From an uncultured Gemmatimonadales bacterium (GTDB lineage: Bacteria; Gemmatimonadota; Gemmatimonadetes; Gemmatimonadales; GWC2-71-9): 64,000 nucleotides of DNA. Where the stretch lies: the NCBI GenBank assembly GCA_963730185.1, contig CAVSQW010000015.1:64001-128000 (forward strand). Reading direction: 5' to 3'. The notes beneath the pieces are model-generated. The model did no database searches and had not been told where the DNA came from. It saw nothing but the letters and a program-made list of their open reading frames with translations. Each line of letters starts with the position of its first letter. Positions within the stretch are counted from its first letter, which is position 1. Position numbers and translations under genes: made by a program. This document shows, piece after piece, positions 1 through 9,219 of the stretch.

Positions 1-23
1 CCGGGGCGGGCGGCGAACTCCTT

Positions 24-1130
24 GTGGGGGCACCGCTTAGCGACGGGGATGGCCGAAGGCCAGACAGCGACCCCGCTGTCGCAAACCGCGAGGGTGCCGG
101 CCGGAGGACGTTAGGCGGATGCCGACGTCTGCACGGCGCGAGCGCAAGGAGTGGCAGTCACGTGGGAGATGCAGCCAGGACCGTCGTGGCCGATCGGGCC
201 TCGGGGTGGTACGAAGCGGCGAGTGAGACCGCCGGACGGTCGGCGGGGGATGCCGAACCGACCAAGCCGCCTCGGCCGTCGGGCAAGGCGGCCCGGCCCT
301 CGGGGCGGAGCCCTCGGCCGCTCGAGGCCCGGGCGTTCGCCACCGTGCACCACATCCTGGTCCAGCTCTGCGACGCGGGGATGCGGCCTCGGTTCGCCGA
401 GACCTGCAAGGCGTTCGGCGACATCGTCTGGTGCGACGACCTCGACGAGCTGGTCGTCCGCTCCGCGGCCCGCGAGGCGCTGGCGGTCGTGGTCGACGTC
501 GGCGACCGGCTCGGGATGCCGAGCACCCGGTCGATCGTGGCGATGCGGAAGCGGCGGGCCGATCTCCCGATCATTCTCTGGTGCGACCGGACGGCGCTGA
601 TGACCGGCGACGTCGACGGCCTCTTGGGCGCGGGGGTGACGGCGGTGGTGTTCCGGGACGAGACCGACGTCGAGCAGCGACTGATGAGCGCCCTCACCCG
701 TGCCACTGACGTCGCCTTTCATCAGCTCACCGATCAGGCGCTCTCACGCCGGGTGCCGAGTCCGTTGATTCCCGTGTTTCGGATGTGCCTGGACCGGGCC
801 GGCGCGGTTCCGAAGACCAGTGTCATCGCGGCCTCGGTCGGGCTGACGCCGCGCCAGCTGGCGGCGCATCTCCGTCGGGCGGGGATGCCGCCGGTGCGGG
901 AGATCGCCCGCTGGGCCCGGCTGCTTACGGCCTCGTACCGGTTGGAGCAGACCACGGAGCCGGTGGTAGTGATCGCTCATTCGGTGGGGTTCGTGTCGGC
1001 CTCGTACCTGAGCCGCCTGCTCAAGCGGTACGCCAACGAGACGCCCGACGGGGTGCGCGAGCCGGGCGGGTTTGGCTGGGTGCTCCGGTGCTTCGAGCGG
1101 TATCTGGTCAAGCGGAAACAGAGCCGCTGA
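24..1130 (+). CDS. AraC-family transcriptional regulator (receiver-like N-terminal region, C-terminal HTH); true start probably downstream (GTG ~345 or ATG 381)
   Basis: C-terminal 'VIAHSVGFVSASYLSRLLKRYANETP' matches the AraC second HTH; first ~105 codons are low-complexity and probably untranslated. Confidence 0.8.
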   Translation: MGAPLSDGDGRRPDSDPAVANREGAGRRTLGGCRRLHGASARSGSHVGDAARTVVADRASGWYEAASETAGRSAGDAEPTKPPRPSGKAARPSGRSPRPLEARAFATVHHILVQLCDAGMRPRFAETCKAFGDIVWCDDLDELVVRSAAREALAVVVDVGDRLGMPSTRSIVAMRKRRADLPIILWCDRTALMTGDVDGLLGAGVTAVVFRDETDVEQRLMSALTRATDVAFHQLTDQALSRRVPSPLIPVFRMCLDRAGAVPKTSVIAASVGLTPRQLAAHLRRAGMPPVREIARWARLLTASYRLEQTTEPVVVIAHSVGFVSASYLSRLLKRYANETPDGVREPGGFGWVLRCFERYLVKRKQSR

Positions 1131-1177
1131 CGGGTGGGGATCCTGCCGGGTGGCGACGGTCGTGGGGACAGGCGTCG

Positions 1178-1215
1178 GCAACAACTGATTCACCGCAGAG
1201 GACGCGGAGAGCGCG
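1178..1215 (+). repeat. REP-like intergenic repeat (caactgattcaccgcagaggacgcggagagcgcg)
   Basis: Same core recurs at 3548, 4408, 19735 and inverted at ~4630-4660 and 19929-19972. Confidence 0.75.
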
Positions 1216-1312
1216 AAGGGAGTAGGACAGGACTGAAGGCAGCAGCCGCTCCTCCCTTGCCCGCCATCTGATCTCCCCCTAACCTCCAGATGTCGCTGTC
1301 TTGGGGGGGCTC

Positions 1313-2554
1313 ATGCGTGCTCGTCGATGGTTGCTGGTCGGAGTGATGGGGGTGGGGGCTTGCGGGTCGGGGTCGGGAACGGGGCCCACGGAGCCATTGC
1401 TGGACCAGCTGCCTCGGCCGCTGTCGGGGGCGGAGGTGCAGGTCGCCGACGCGGGCAACGCCTTCACCTTCGATCTCTTCCGGCAGGCCACCGCCAACCT
1501 CTCGCCCGACGCCAACGTCATCCTCTCGCCCTTCAGCGCCTCGATGGCGCTCGGGATGGCGCTGAACGGTGCCCAGGGTGAGACGTTCGACGCCATGCGG
1601 CAGACGCTGGGCTTCGGATCGGCCACGCTGCCCGAGATCGACCAGGGGTACCACGACCTGACCACCTTGCTGCTCGGGCTCGATCAGGCGACCCAGATGG
1701 ACATCGCCAACTCGATCTGGATCCGGCAGGGCTTCCCCGTCAAGGCGTCGTTCACCGACCTGGGCCGGACCTATTTCGACGCCGAGGTGCAGTCGCTCGA
1801 CTTCGCGAGCGCGGCGGCGCTTCCGACCATCAACGGGTGGGTGAGCGCCAAGACCAACGGGCGGATCCCGTCACTCCTCGATCACCTCGAGGACAACGAG
1901 GTTCTCTTCCTGATCAACGCGGTCTACTTCAAGGGGCGGTGGCGGCTCCAGTTCGACCCGGCCCAGACCCGGGACGAGCCGTTCCACGGGGCCGATGGCC
2001 AGGACCGCTCGGTGCCGATGATGCACCTGACCGGGGCGCCGATCCGGGTGTACGCCACGTCGAGCTACCAGGCGGCGGACCTGCTCTACGGCAACGGCGC
2101 CTTCACGATGACGGTCCTGCTCCCGGCCGAGGGGACCACGCCGACCGCGGTGCTCGCGGCGTTGGGGCCGGCGGAGTGGCGGGCGCTGACCGAGGGATTC
2201 GCGGAGCACGAAGTGCCGCTCTCGCTGCCGAGGTTCACGCTCGACTACGAGCGCTCGCTGAAGCCGGACCTGGACGCGCTGCGGATGGGGGTCGCGTTCG
2301 ACCCCAACCAGGCGGATTTCGGGGGGATCGCCGAGGTGGCGCCCGACCGACTCTTTCTCACTCACGTCAAGCAGAAGGTGTTCGTGCAGGTCAACGAGGA
2401 GGGCACCGAAGCCGCCGCGGCCACGGCGGTCGGCGTGGGAGTCACCTCGGCACCGGTCCCGATGGTGGTGGACCGCCCGTTCCTGTTCGTGATCCGGGAG
2501 CGGTTCTCGGGGACGATCCTCTTCATCGGGCAGGTGAACCGGCTGGGCACGTAG
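1313..2554 (+). CDS. Serpin-family serine protease inhibitor, lipoprotein
   Basis: Lipobox VGAC; NVILSPFS, NAVYFKGRW, hinge NEEGTEAAAAT, and VDRPFLFVIRE serpin signature. Confidence 0.95.
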   Translation: MRARRWLLVGVMGVGACGSGSGTGPTEPLLDQLPRPLSGAEVQVADAGNAFTFDLFRQATANLSPDANVILSPFSASMALGMALNGAQGETFDAMRQTLGFGSATLPEIDQGYHDLTTLLLGLDQATQMDIANSIWIRQGFPVKASFTDLGRTYFDAEVQSLDFASAAALPTINGWVSAKTNGRIPSLLDHLEDNEVLFLINAVYFKGRWRLQFDPAQTRDEPFHGADGQDRSVPMMHLTGAPIRVYATSSYQAADLLYGNGAFTMTVLLPAEGTTPTAVLAALGPAEWRALTEGFAEHEVPLSLPRFTLDYERSLKPDLDALRMGVAFDPNQADFGGIAEVAPDRLFLTHVKQKVFVQVNEEGTEAAAATAVGVGVTSAPVPMVVDRPFLFVIRERFSGTILFIGQVNRLGT

Positions 2555-2615
2555 CCCGGCGGCCGGCGGAGGCTGAGTCGGTCGTCATGCTGCGGAAACA
2601 GGAACTTGGCCCGCT

Positions 2616-3437
2616 TCAGGGCGCCTTCGGTGTCGGCGAAGGCGGCAGGCTGAGCAGCCGGCGACGAAAGGTCTGAAATGCCGGGGTGTCCTTGGTGAGA
2701 CCCTTGAGCTGGCTGGCCGGATAGGTCGCGATCTGGGCCTCGGTCGCCGTGATCCGATCCTCCTCGAGCGGGTGGCTCGCGAAGAAGGCATCCACCGCGC
2801 CGGGGTTCGTCTGGCGCTCGTTCAAGAGGATCCGGAACATTGCCGGAATGCCGTAGGGCGAGATGCCCGCCTTGATCGTGGTCGACACGCCTTCCGCATC
2901 GGCCTGGGCCTCGTCGGTGCGGCTGAACTTCGCGAACAGGGCGCTTCCGCCCACGTTGATGGCCGCCTGGCCGGTGCTGCTGTCGCACACCTTGGTCAAC
3001 GTACAGAGCAGCGCCACCCCGACGTTGGCGCCCTGCGCCTGCTGCATCTGCTCCACCGAATGCCGCAGGGTTACGTGGCCGATCTCGTGGCCGAGCACGC
3101 CGGCCAGCTCGCTCATGTCGGTCGCCCGCTCGATCAGCCCGCGGTTGACGTAGACCCAGCCACCCGGCACGGCAAAGGCGTTGACCTCCTTGCTGTCGAC
3201 CACGGTAAAGTGCCAGGCGAGGTTGCGGGCGTCGGTAACCTTCGCGAGCTGATTGCCGAGTTGGTTGATATACCGGACGACGGCGGGATCACTGATCAGT
3301 GGTAGCTGAGCGCTGACCTGATCGGCCGTGCTGGCGCCAAGGGCGACCTCCTGCTGCTGCGAAACCGCGCACGCGGACAGAAGCACCACGGCGAGGCAAG
3401 TCGGAAGTCCGGGGCGGGTGGCGCGCATTGAAGTCAT
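2616..3437 (-). CDS. M48-family Zn metallopeptidase lipoprotein (BepA/LoiP-like)
   Basis: LSAC lipobox, VNAFAVPGG, HEIGH (HExxH), FSRTDEAQAD, SHP motif. Confidence 0.92.
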   Translation of the reverse strand: MTSMRATRPGLPTCLAVVLLSACAVSQQQEVALGASTADQVSAQLPLISDPAVVRYINQLGNQLAKVTDARNLAWHFTVVDSKEVNAFAVPGGWVYVNRGLIERATDMSELAGVLGHEIGHVTLRHSVEQMQQAQGANVGVALLCTLTKVCDSSTGQAAINVGGSALFAKFSRTDEAQADAEGVSTTIKAGISPYGIPAMFRILLNERQTNPGAVDAFFASHPLEEDRITATEAQIATYPASQLKGLTKDTPAFQTFRRRLLSLPPSPTPKAP

Positions 3438-3547
3438 TCCTTGGATGAGGCTCCTCGGCGGTGAGGCCCGGAGAAAAGCTAGAGCCGTCGTTGCGAGGGC
3501 GGTATCGATCGGTCGGTCTCACTCCTCCGAGCGAGGAGCAGCCGATG

Positions 3548-3586
3548 GCAACTGATTCAACCGCAGAGGACGCTGAGGGCGCAGAG
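3548..3586 (+). repeat. REP-like intergenic repeat
   Basis: gcaactgattcaaccgcagaggacgctgagggcgcagag, same family as the copy at 1178. Confidence 0.75.
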
Positions 3587-3633
3587 CGGTTCGGCGTCGA
3601 TCAGCGAAGGGTCCCCCGCCGCGCCGAGGGCCG

Positions 3634-4020
3634 TTACGTCTCGAAGAGAGGTATTCGGAGTGCTCGGGCGGCGGCGGCGAGGCGGGCGTCGTAGGTCGCC
3701 ATCCGGAGACGGCGCTCGCGGGCGCGGAGGAAGAGAATCGAGGCCAGGTGAAGCGCGTCGAGGGTCCGAACCGGCACCGGAAAGGGCTCGAGCCCCCGGG
3801 CCAGGACCGGCGGGGCCAGCTCGATCAGGGCAACGCGGCCGAGCAGGTCGCGGACGGCGTCGCCGTGAGACTTGGCCAGGCCGCGGGCGTTGACCCGGGT
3901 CCAGAGCTCGTACTCGAGCAGGCGGCTGGAGACGAGCGGCTCGTCCCAAAGGGTGGGGGGCGGCGTGCGGTCTTCGGCGAGCAGCTGGGCGAGGGCGACC
4001 GAGGTGTCGAGGTAGATCAC
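3634..4020 (-). CDS. vapC: PIN-domain (VapC-like) toxin
   Basis: Starts (V/M)IYLDTS; RTLDALHLAS and TYDARL PIN motifs; GTG start overlaps the antitoxin stop (GTGA). Confidence 0.9.
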   Translation of the reverse strand: MIYLDTSVALAQLLAEDRTPPPTLWDEPLVSSRLLEYELWTRVNARGLAKSHGDAVRDLLGRVALIELAPPVLARGLEPFPVPVRTLDALHLASILFLRARERRLRMATYDARLAAAARALRIPLFET

Positions 4021-4307
4021 CGGTCGCCGCGGTCTTGGTCCAGCTCGTCGAGGAGGGAAGCGAGGGGGGCCACGGGCTGGCGGGGTGGCGGCTCCCGCAC
4101 GGCCAGGAGCGGCGGCGTGAGCCATCCCTCGCGAACGGCGTCGGCCAGGAGCGCGTCCTGGAGCGACCCGCTCCGCCCGGGCCGAGGCGGGACCAGCTCG
4201 GCGACCACCCGGTCACGGCTGGTAACCAGGACGGTCTCGCCGTTCTGGGCCAGGCGGACGTACTCCGCCAGCCGGTTCTTGAGCACCTTGAGTCCCACGA
4301 CGACCAT
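4017..4307 (-). CDS. Phd/YefM-family antitoxin
   Basis: 'VGLKVLKNRLAEYVRLAQNGETVLVTSRDRVVAELVP' is typical Phd/YefM; directly upstream of the PIN gene. Confidence 0.9.
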   Translation of the reverse strand: MVVVGLKVLKNRLAEYVRLAQNGETVLVTSRDRVVAELVPPRPGRSGSLQDALLADAVREGWLTPPLLAVREPPPRQPVAPLASLLDELDQDRGDR

Positions 4308-4407
4308 GCCTTAAAAGTAGCTTCTAGTAGCTACTTTGGCAATTCGACGCGTGACCGTCTCTGCCCGGGGTCGGGTTGGCCTGGCAGGCTCGGTGGGTGG
4401 GCGGCGA

Positions 4408-4450
4408 CAACAACTGCTTCACCGCAGAGGACGCCGAGGGCGCTGAGGGC
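4408..4450 (+). repeat. REP-like intergenic repeat
   Basis: caacaactgcttcaccgcagaggacgccgagggcgctgagg. Confidence 0.75.
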
Positions 4451-4547
4451 TCCCGTGTCGTTGCCGGCATCCCGGCTGGGTGAGGACTCGGCTTGATGTG
4501 GGGGTGTGCGTGGTGGGGATGTCGCGGGGGCCTGGGATCGGTAACCA

Positions 4548-4740
4548 CTGGTTAACCACAGAGGGCACAGAGGGCACAGAGGAACAGCCACAACGATAGG
4601 ATACAACGACAATCGCTCAATCCAGGTCCTCCGCGGACTCTGCGACCTGTGCGGTGAATTCTGCTGTGGTTGCCGTTGTTGTTGCTGTTCCCCCCTAGTT
4701 GCCGTTCTCTGTGTCCTCTGTGCCCTCTGTGGTTGACCAG
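4548..4740. repeat. Palindromic REPIN-like element with 9-mer-repeat arms
   Basis: Left arm ctggttaaccacagagggcacagagggcacagagg (4548-4582) pairs with ctctgtgtcctctgtgccctctgtggttgaccag (4707-4740); GTT-rich interior. Confidence 0.8.
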
Positions 4741-4803
4741 TTGTTGCGGAGCCCAACCAGCCGACGGCTGCGGACGAGGCACGTCGTGACCCGGATTGGG
4801 CTC

Positions 4804-4832
4804 TTGCGCGGTGGCGCGGCGGCCCCTACCTA
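4804..4832 (+). promoter_or_regulatory. Putative sigma70-like promoter, conserved upstream of all four lipoprotein copies
   Basis: TTGCGC-17 nt-TACCTA, then GGAG before the ATG; the same block recurs near 6880, 9760 and 11829. The -10 match is imperfect. Confidence 0.35.
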
Positions 4833-4860
4833 TGGGACGATCCCCAGTCTGGAGTCCCCG

Positions 4861-6117
4861 ATGCCCCAGTTGGCGCGGTTTCCTGGGTCGTGGCTCGTGG
4901 TGCTGGCGGCCGCCGCCTGCACCGGGAGCACCGAGATCGTCACGCCGCCGCCTCCGCCGGCGAGCGGGTTCACGCTGCGATTCGTGCCGGAGCCGGAGGA
5001 CGGGGCGACGGCGGCGGCGCTGGGATGGGGAAGCGGGTTACCGGGGTTGGCGGTGACGCTGACGCCGTCGGACTCGAGCCAGCCGGCGCGGACCTTCACG
5101 AGCGAAGGCGACGGGATGGTGGCGATCCCGGACCTGGTGGCGGGGGACTACATCGTGGAGGCGAGCCGGTGGCTAACGGCGGGGGAGCGGGCGGAGCTGG
5201 CGAGCGGGGACGATGGGGACGGGTTCGCGACCCGGACGGTGCTCCGAACGGGAACGGGGGTGGGCAGTACGACGATCGCGGTGCCGGCGAGCCGGCGGCG
5301 GTCGCTAGTGATCAGTGAGTGGGCGTTCAACCCGGGGCAGACCCCTGGTCGTGGCGGGTACGATTTTGGCGGCTTTCTGGAACTCTACAACAACTCGGAC
5401 ACCACGCTGTTCCTCGATGGCATGGTCGTGGCGCGGGGACTGGATCACGAGCTGGACTATCCTCTTTATCCGTGTGGCGGCGAGTATCACACGTTCAGTG
5501 CCGACGCAAGAGGTATTTGGACGCTCGGATACCAGGTCTTTCCCGGTGCCGGCCATGACTATCCGATCCTTCCTGGCCACGACATCGTGATTGCCACTGA
5601 TGCCATCGACCATCGACCCTTCTATCCCGGGGCAATGGATCTCAGTCATGCAGATTTTGAGTTCGTCGGCGCCGCGGACCCCGACAATCCTGCGGTTCCC
5701 AACATGGTGAACACGGGGTATGACCGCGACTTGCAGGGGCATGGCCTCTTTTGGCAGGACTTGGGGGCGATCGCCGTGGTGGCGATGCCGCTCGACACGG
5801 CCGCCCTGACGACGGCGGTATACCCCGGCACCAGCACATTCGCGTTCCCACGAATCCCGGGCGATAAGGTCCTCGATGTTGTTGCCATGAGGGCAGTCCG
5901 CGACTATGGCTACGCGTTGTGTCCTTCCATCCTGAATCCGCAATTCGATCGCGAACCGTTTGTGGGGCGCGGTGCAGACGTGGTGGCCGAATTTCTCTAT
6001 TCGGTATCACGGCGCGCCGCCGACCTGCCCAACGGCGGCCGGCCGATCCTACGAGACACGAGAAGCAGTGATGCCGACCTGGTACGAACCATACGAACGC
6101 CGGGGGTCGTCCCATAG
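4861..6117 (+). CDS. DUF4876-like lipoprotein, cassette 1 (418 aa)
   Basis: Lipobox LAAAAC; LVISEW..FLELYNNSDTTLFLDG, ATDAIDH, DLSHADFEF and DNPAVPNM resemble DUF4876 proteins. Confidence 0.8.
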   Translation: MPQLARFPGSWLVVLAAAACTGSTEIVTPPPPPASGFTLRFVPEPEDGATAAALGWGSGLPGLAVTLTPSDSSQPARTFTSEGDGMVAIPDLVAGDYIVEASRWLTAGERAELASGDDGDGFATRTVLRTGTGVGSTTIAVPASRRRSLVISEWAFNPGQTPGRGGYDFGGFLELYNNSDTTLFLDGMVVARGLDHELDYPLYPCGGEYHTFSADARGIWTLGYQVFPGAGHDYPILPGHDIVIATDAIDHRPFYPGAMDLSHADFEFVGAADPDNPAVPNMVNTGYDRDLQGHGLFWQDLGAIAVVAMPLDTAALTTAVYPGTSTFAFPRIPGDKVLDVVAMRAVRDYGYALCPSILNPQFDREPFVGRGADVVAEFLYSVSRRAADLPNGGRPILRDTRSSDADLVRTIRTPGVVP

Positions 6118-6125
6118 GTTGCCTT

Positions 6126-6158
6126 GGGGACGGCGCTCCGCTGGGGCGTGCCGTCCCC
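6126..6158. terminator. GC-rich hairpin between convergent stop codons (possible bidirectional terminator)
   Basis: ggggacggc...gccgtcccc inverted repeat; no clear U-tract. Confidence 0.45.
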
Positions 6159-6170
6159 GCCGTTCAGGAC

Positions 6171-6419
6171 CTAGTAGAGGCAGCGGCAGCAACCGTTGGT
6201 CGAGCCCCACTGAGCCTCGACCTCCTCCCCGTGGACCGCCACGCACGCGGCCAAGCACGCTCCCTCGTCCGGCTGCTGCCCGAGCCAATTCCAGCCGTCG
6301 TCGGGGCAGGTCAGCGCATTGGCCGGCGTGGCAACCGCCACCACCCCTCCGAACGCCAACGCCCCCGCCACCGCCACTCCAAACCCCCATCCGCCGAGCC
6401 TCTTGATGCTGCGTGACAT
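6171..6419 (-). CDS. Secreted six-Cys defensin-like peptide 1 (82 aa precursor)
   Basis: SD AAGGAGGAG; signal peptide ending PANA; mature LTCPDDGWNWLGQQPDEGACLAACVAVHGEEVEAQWGSTNGCCRCLY; three paralogues in the window. Confidence 0.88.
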   Translation of the reverse strand: MSRSIKRLGGWGFGVAVAGALAFGGVVAVATPANALTCPDDGWNWLGQQPDEGACLAACVAVHGEEVEAQWGSTNGCCRCLY

Positions 6420-6472
6420 GATCTCCTCCTTGCTGCGGGAAGAACAGCGAGCACCGCCGCGACCCGAGGTGG

Positions 6473-6785
6473 TCACGGGCGGACGCCCGCGGAAGTAGTC
6501 GTGGGTGGGGTCGCCCCGGGGGCGACCGTGCCAGGGGGCGGTGGGTCCCACGCGCCGAAGTCCCCGCGCAGGGCGGCGTAGACCGAGTCGAGGACCGGCC
6601 CGGGCTCGAGCCGGCCGGTGTGGGCAAAGACCACCTCGCCCCAGTGGTTCAAGACCAGGGTCTGCGGCACGGCCCGGGCCCGGGCGAGCTGGGCGGTCTT
6701 CCAGTCGGGGAAGGTGGCCACTGCAAAGGCCAAGGCGTGTTCGGCCGCGGAGCACTGGAGGGTCCCGACCGAATCCAGGCCAAGC
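6473..6785 (-). pseudogene. 5'-truncated remnant of the thioredoxin-like gene (no CxxC, no start)
   Basis: LGLDS...FPDWKTAQLARARAVPQTLVLNHWGEVVF matches only the C-terminal half of 13511-14161. Confidence 0.75.
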
Positions 6786-6938
6786 TGCCGCCTGTCAAGC
6801 CGTGCCTCCTCCACGCCCGTTTCACGTGCTCGTCGGCGCGAGCCAGCCTGCGCACGGGCTCCGTGGCCCGGTTTGGGCTCTTGCGCGGTGGCGTGGCGGC
6901 CCCTACCTATGGGACGATCCCCAGTCTGGAGTCCCCCC

Positions 6939-8186
6939 ATGCCCCGCATGGCGCGGTTTCCTGGGTCGTGGCTCGTGCTGCTGGCGGCCGTCGCCTGCAC
7001 CGGGAGTACCGAGATCGTGACCCCGCCGCCCCCGCCGGCGAGCGGGTTCACGCTGCGATTCGTGCCGGAGCCGGAGGACGGGGCGACCGCCGCGGCGCTG
7101 GGGTGGGGGAGCGGGTTACCGGGGCTCACGGTGACGCTGACGCCGACGGACTCGAGCCGGCCGGCGCGGGCCTTCACGAGCGACGGGGACGGGACGGTGG
7201 CGATCCCGGACCTGGTGGCGGGGGACTACATCGTGGAGGCGAGCCGGTGGCTGACGGCGGCGGAGCGCGCGGAGCTGGCGAGTGGGGACGACGGGGACGG
7301 GTTCGCGACCCGGACGGTGCTCCGGACGGGGACGGGGGTGGGCAGTACGACGATCGGGGTGCCGGCCAGCCGGCGGCGGTCGCTCGTGATCAGTGAGTGG
7401 GCCTTCAACCATTTCGGGCTGCCGGGAATCGGCGCCTATACCTACGACGGCTTCCTCGAGCTCTACAACAACGCGGATACCACGATTTACCTGGATGGGA
7501 TGATCATCGCCGAGGGGTTTCGGAACGGTATCGCCGACACACCGGCCTTTCCCTGCGCCGAGAGTCGGCCGTTTCGGGACGATTCCGCCGGGGTGTGGAG
7601 CTGGGCGATGGAGCGCTTTCCCGGCACGGGGCACTCGTTTCCGATTCACCCAGGCGAAGTCAGGACGGTGGCAACGGATGCAATTGACCATCGGGCCCTG
7701 TTCCCCGACGCGCTGGACCTGAGTCACGCCGACTTCGAGTTCCGTGGCTCGGGCGACGTAGACAACCCGGCGGTGCCGGACCTGACGGACCTCAGCCTCG
7801 CACCGTACCCCGACGGTCATGGCCTGGAGTTCCAGGGACTTGCCATCATTGCGGTCGTGGCGCTGCCCCTCGATCCAGCCAACCTGGTGCGAGGCAACGC
7901 AGGCGGCGGGGAGTACGTGCGCATTCCCAAGGCGCGAATCATGGACATCCTGACGCTCCGCTCGAACTTCGCGACCGGTTTTACGGAGTGCTCCCCGCTC
8001 GTGGCGGCGGGGATCGACCGGGAGTGGTCGGATGTCCGAGGGACCGACTACCGAGATGAGCACCGGCACTCGGTTTCCCGGCGTGTTGCGGGGCAGGGCC
8101 TCAGCGGGCGGCCGCTGCTCTGGTACACCCGGAGCTCGTTCGCCGACTTCGAGCGGACCTTGCGGTCGCCCGGCGCAATACGGTGA
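6939..8186 (+). CDS. DUF4876-like lipoprotein, cassette 2 (415 aa, most divergent C-domain)
   Basis: N-terminal ~157 aa near-identical to copy 1; FLELYNNADTTIYLDG, DLSHADFEF, DNPAVPD. Confidence 0.8.
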   Translation: MPRMARFPGSWLVLLAAVACTGSTEIVTPPPPPASGFTLRFVPEPEDGATAAALGWGSGLPGLTVTLTPTDSSRPARAFTSDGDGTVAIPDLVAGDYIVEASRWLTAAERAELASGDDGDGFATRTVLRTGTGVGSTTIGVPASRRRSLVISEWAFNHFGLPGIGAYTYDGFLELYNNADTTIYLDGMIIAEGFRNGIADTPAFPCAESRPFRDDSAGVWSWAMERFPGTGHSFPIHPGEVRTVATDAIDHRALFPDALDLSHADFEFRGSGDVDNPAVPDLTDLSLAPYPDGHGLEFQGLAIIAVVALPLDPANLVRGNAGGGEYVRIPKARIMDILTLRSNFATGFTECSPLVAAGIDREWSDVRGTDYRDEHRHSVSRRVAGQGLSGRPLLWYTRSSFADFERTLRSPGAIR

Positions 8187-8270
8187 CCCTGAGTCTCTGG
8201 TAGCAACACCCTCAGGCCCCGGCTTCACGGGCGCGAGGGGCCCGGCGCGTGGCCGAGCCCCTCCGGCGCC

Positions 8271-8517
8271 TCAGAAGTAGCAGGTGCAGCAACCCTGCTG
8301 CGTGTACCGGACCTGCACGAGTGTGGGATGCAGCGCGTAGCACGCGTCCCAGCAGTCGTTGTAGGACGGCTGGTATCCCAGCCAGTTCCACCCCGTCGTC
8401 CGCGCAGGACATGGCATTGGCCGGCTTGGCGACCGCCAGCAACCCTCCGAACGCCAACGCCCCGGCCACCGCCAGCCCGAACCCCCATCCGCCGATCTTC
8501 TTCACGCTGCGTGACAT
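8271..8517 (-). CDS. Secreted six-Cys peptide 2, with a +1 frameshift in a G4 run (~8391-8394), probably a sequencing error
   Basis: Removing one G gives MSRSVKKIGGWGFGLAVAGALAFGGLLAVAKPANA-MSCADDGWNWLGYQPSYNDCWDACYALHPTLVQVRYTQQGCCTCYF*. Confidence 0.8.
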
Positions 8518-8567
8518 GATGTCATCCTGACTTGAAAGACGGCAGGCACCGCCGCGACCCGAAGTGG

Positions 8568-9219
8568 TCACGGCCGGATGCCCGCGGAAGGAGTCGGACG
8601 GGGTCGGGAACGTCCGGCCGCCGAGTCGGTGGGCGGCGGGTCCCACGCTCCGAAGTCGCCTCGGAGGGCGGCGTAGACCGAGTCGAGGCCTGGCCCGGGC
8701 TCGAGCCGGCCGGTGTGGGCAAAGACGACCTCGCCCCAGTGGTTCAGGACCAGGGTCTGGGGCACGGCGCGGGCCCGGGCGAGCTGGGCGGTCTTCCAGT
8801 CGGGGAAGGTGGCCACCGGGTAAGTCAGAGCGTGCTCGGCGGCGTAGTCCCGGACCCGTGGGAGCGAGTCCAGCCCAAGGCCAATCACCCCAACGAGGGG
8901 CCGGGCGGCGCGAGTCGACTCGGCCAGGGCCGCCCAGACCGGCAAGGTGGCCCGACAGTAGGGGCAGGTGGTGGTGAAGACGAAGACGAGCTGCCGGCCG
9001 GCGGTGTCGGCGAAGGCGCCGACGGTGACGGAATCGCCGGCGAGGGTCTTGGTCCGGAAGGTCGGCAGAGCGTAACCGCGATATGGAAGCGCCGGCTTTG
9101 GCCGTGAGCTCCAGGTAGGCCCGATTCAGCGCGACCTGCCGGCGGGCCAGCAGCACGACCAGGCCTGAGGCGACGAGCAGGGTGCCGCGCAGGAGGGCGG
9201 GAATCGATCGGGTTGCCAT
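8568..9219 (-). CDS. Membrane-anchored thioredoxin-like (TlpA/redoxin) protein with a +1 frameshift near 9090
   Basis: Collinear with 13511-14161 but one base longer (652 vs 651 nt); FTTTCPYC is retained. Confidence 0.75.

Noticed and set aside
50..125. Possible c-di-GMP-I riboswitch-like hairpins (gacagcg-accc-cgctgtc-gcaaa) upstream of the AraC gene
   Set aside because: It lacks the GNRA tetraloop and other conserved positions; an Infernal/Rfam hit would be needed to support it.
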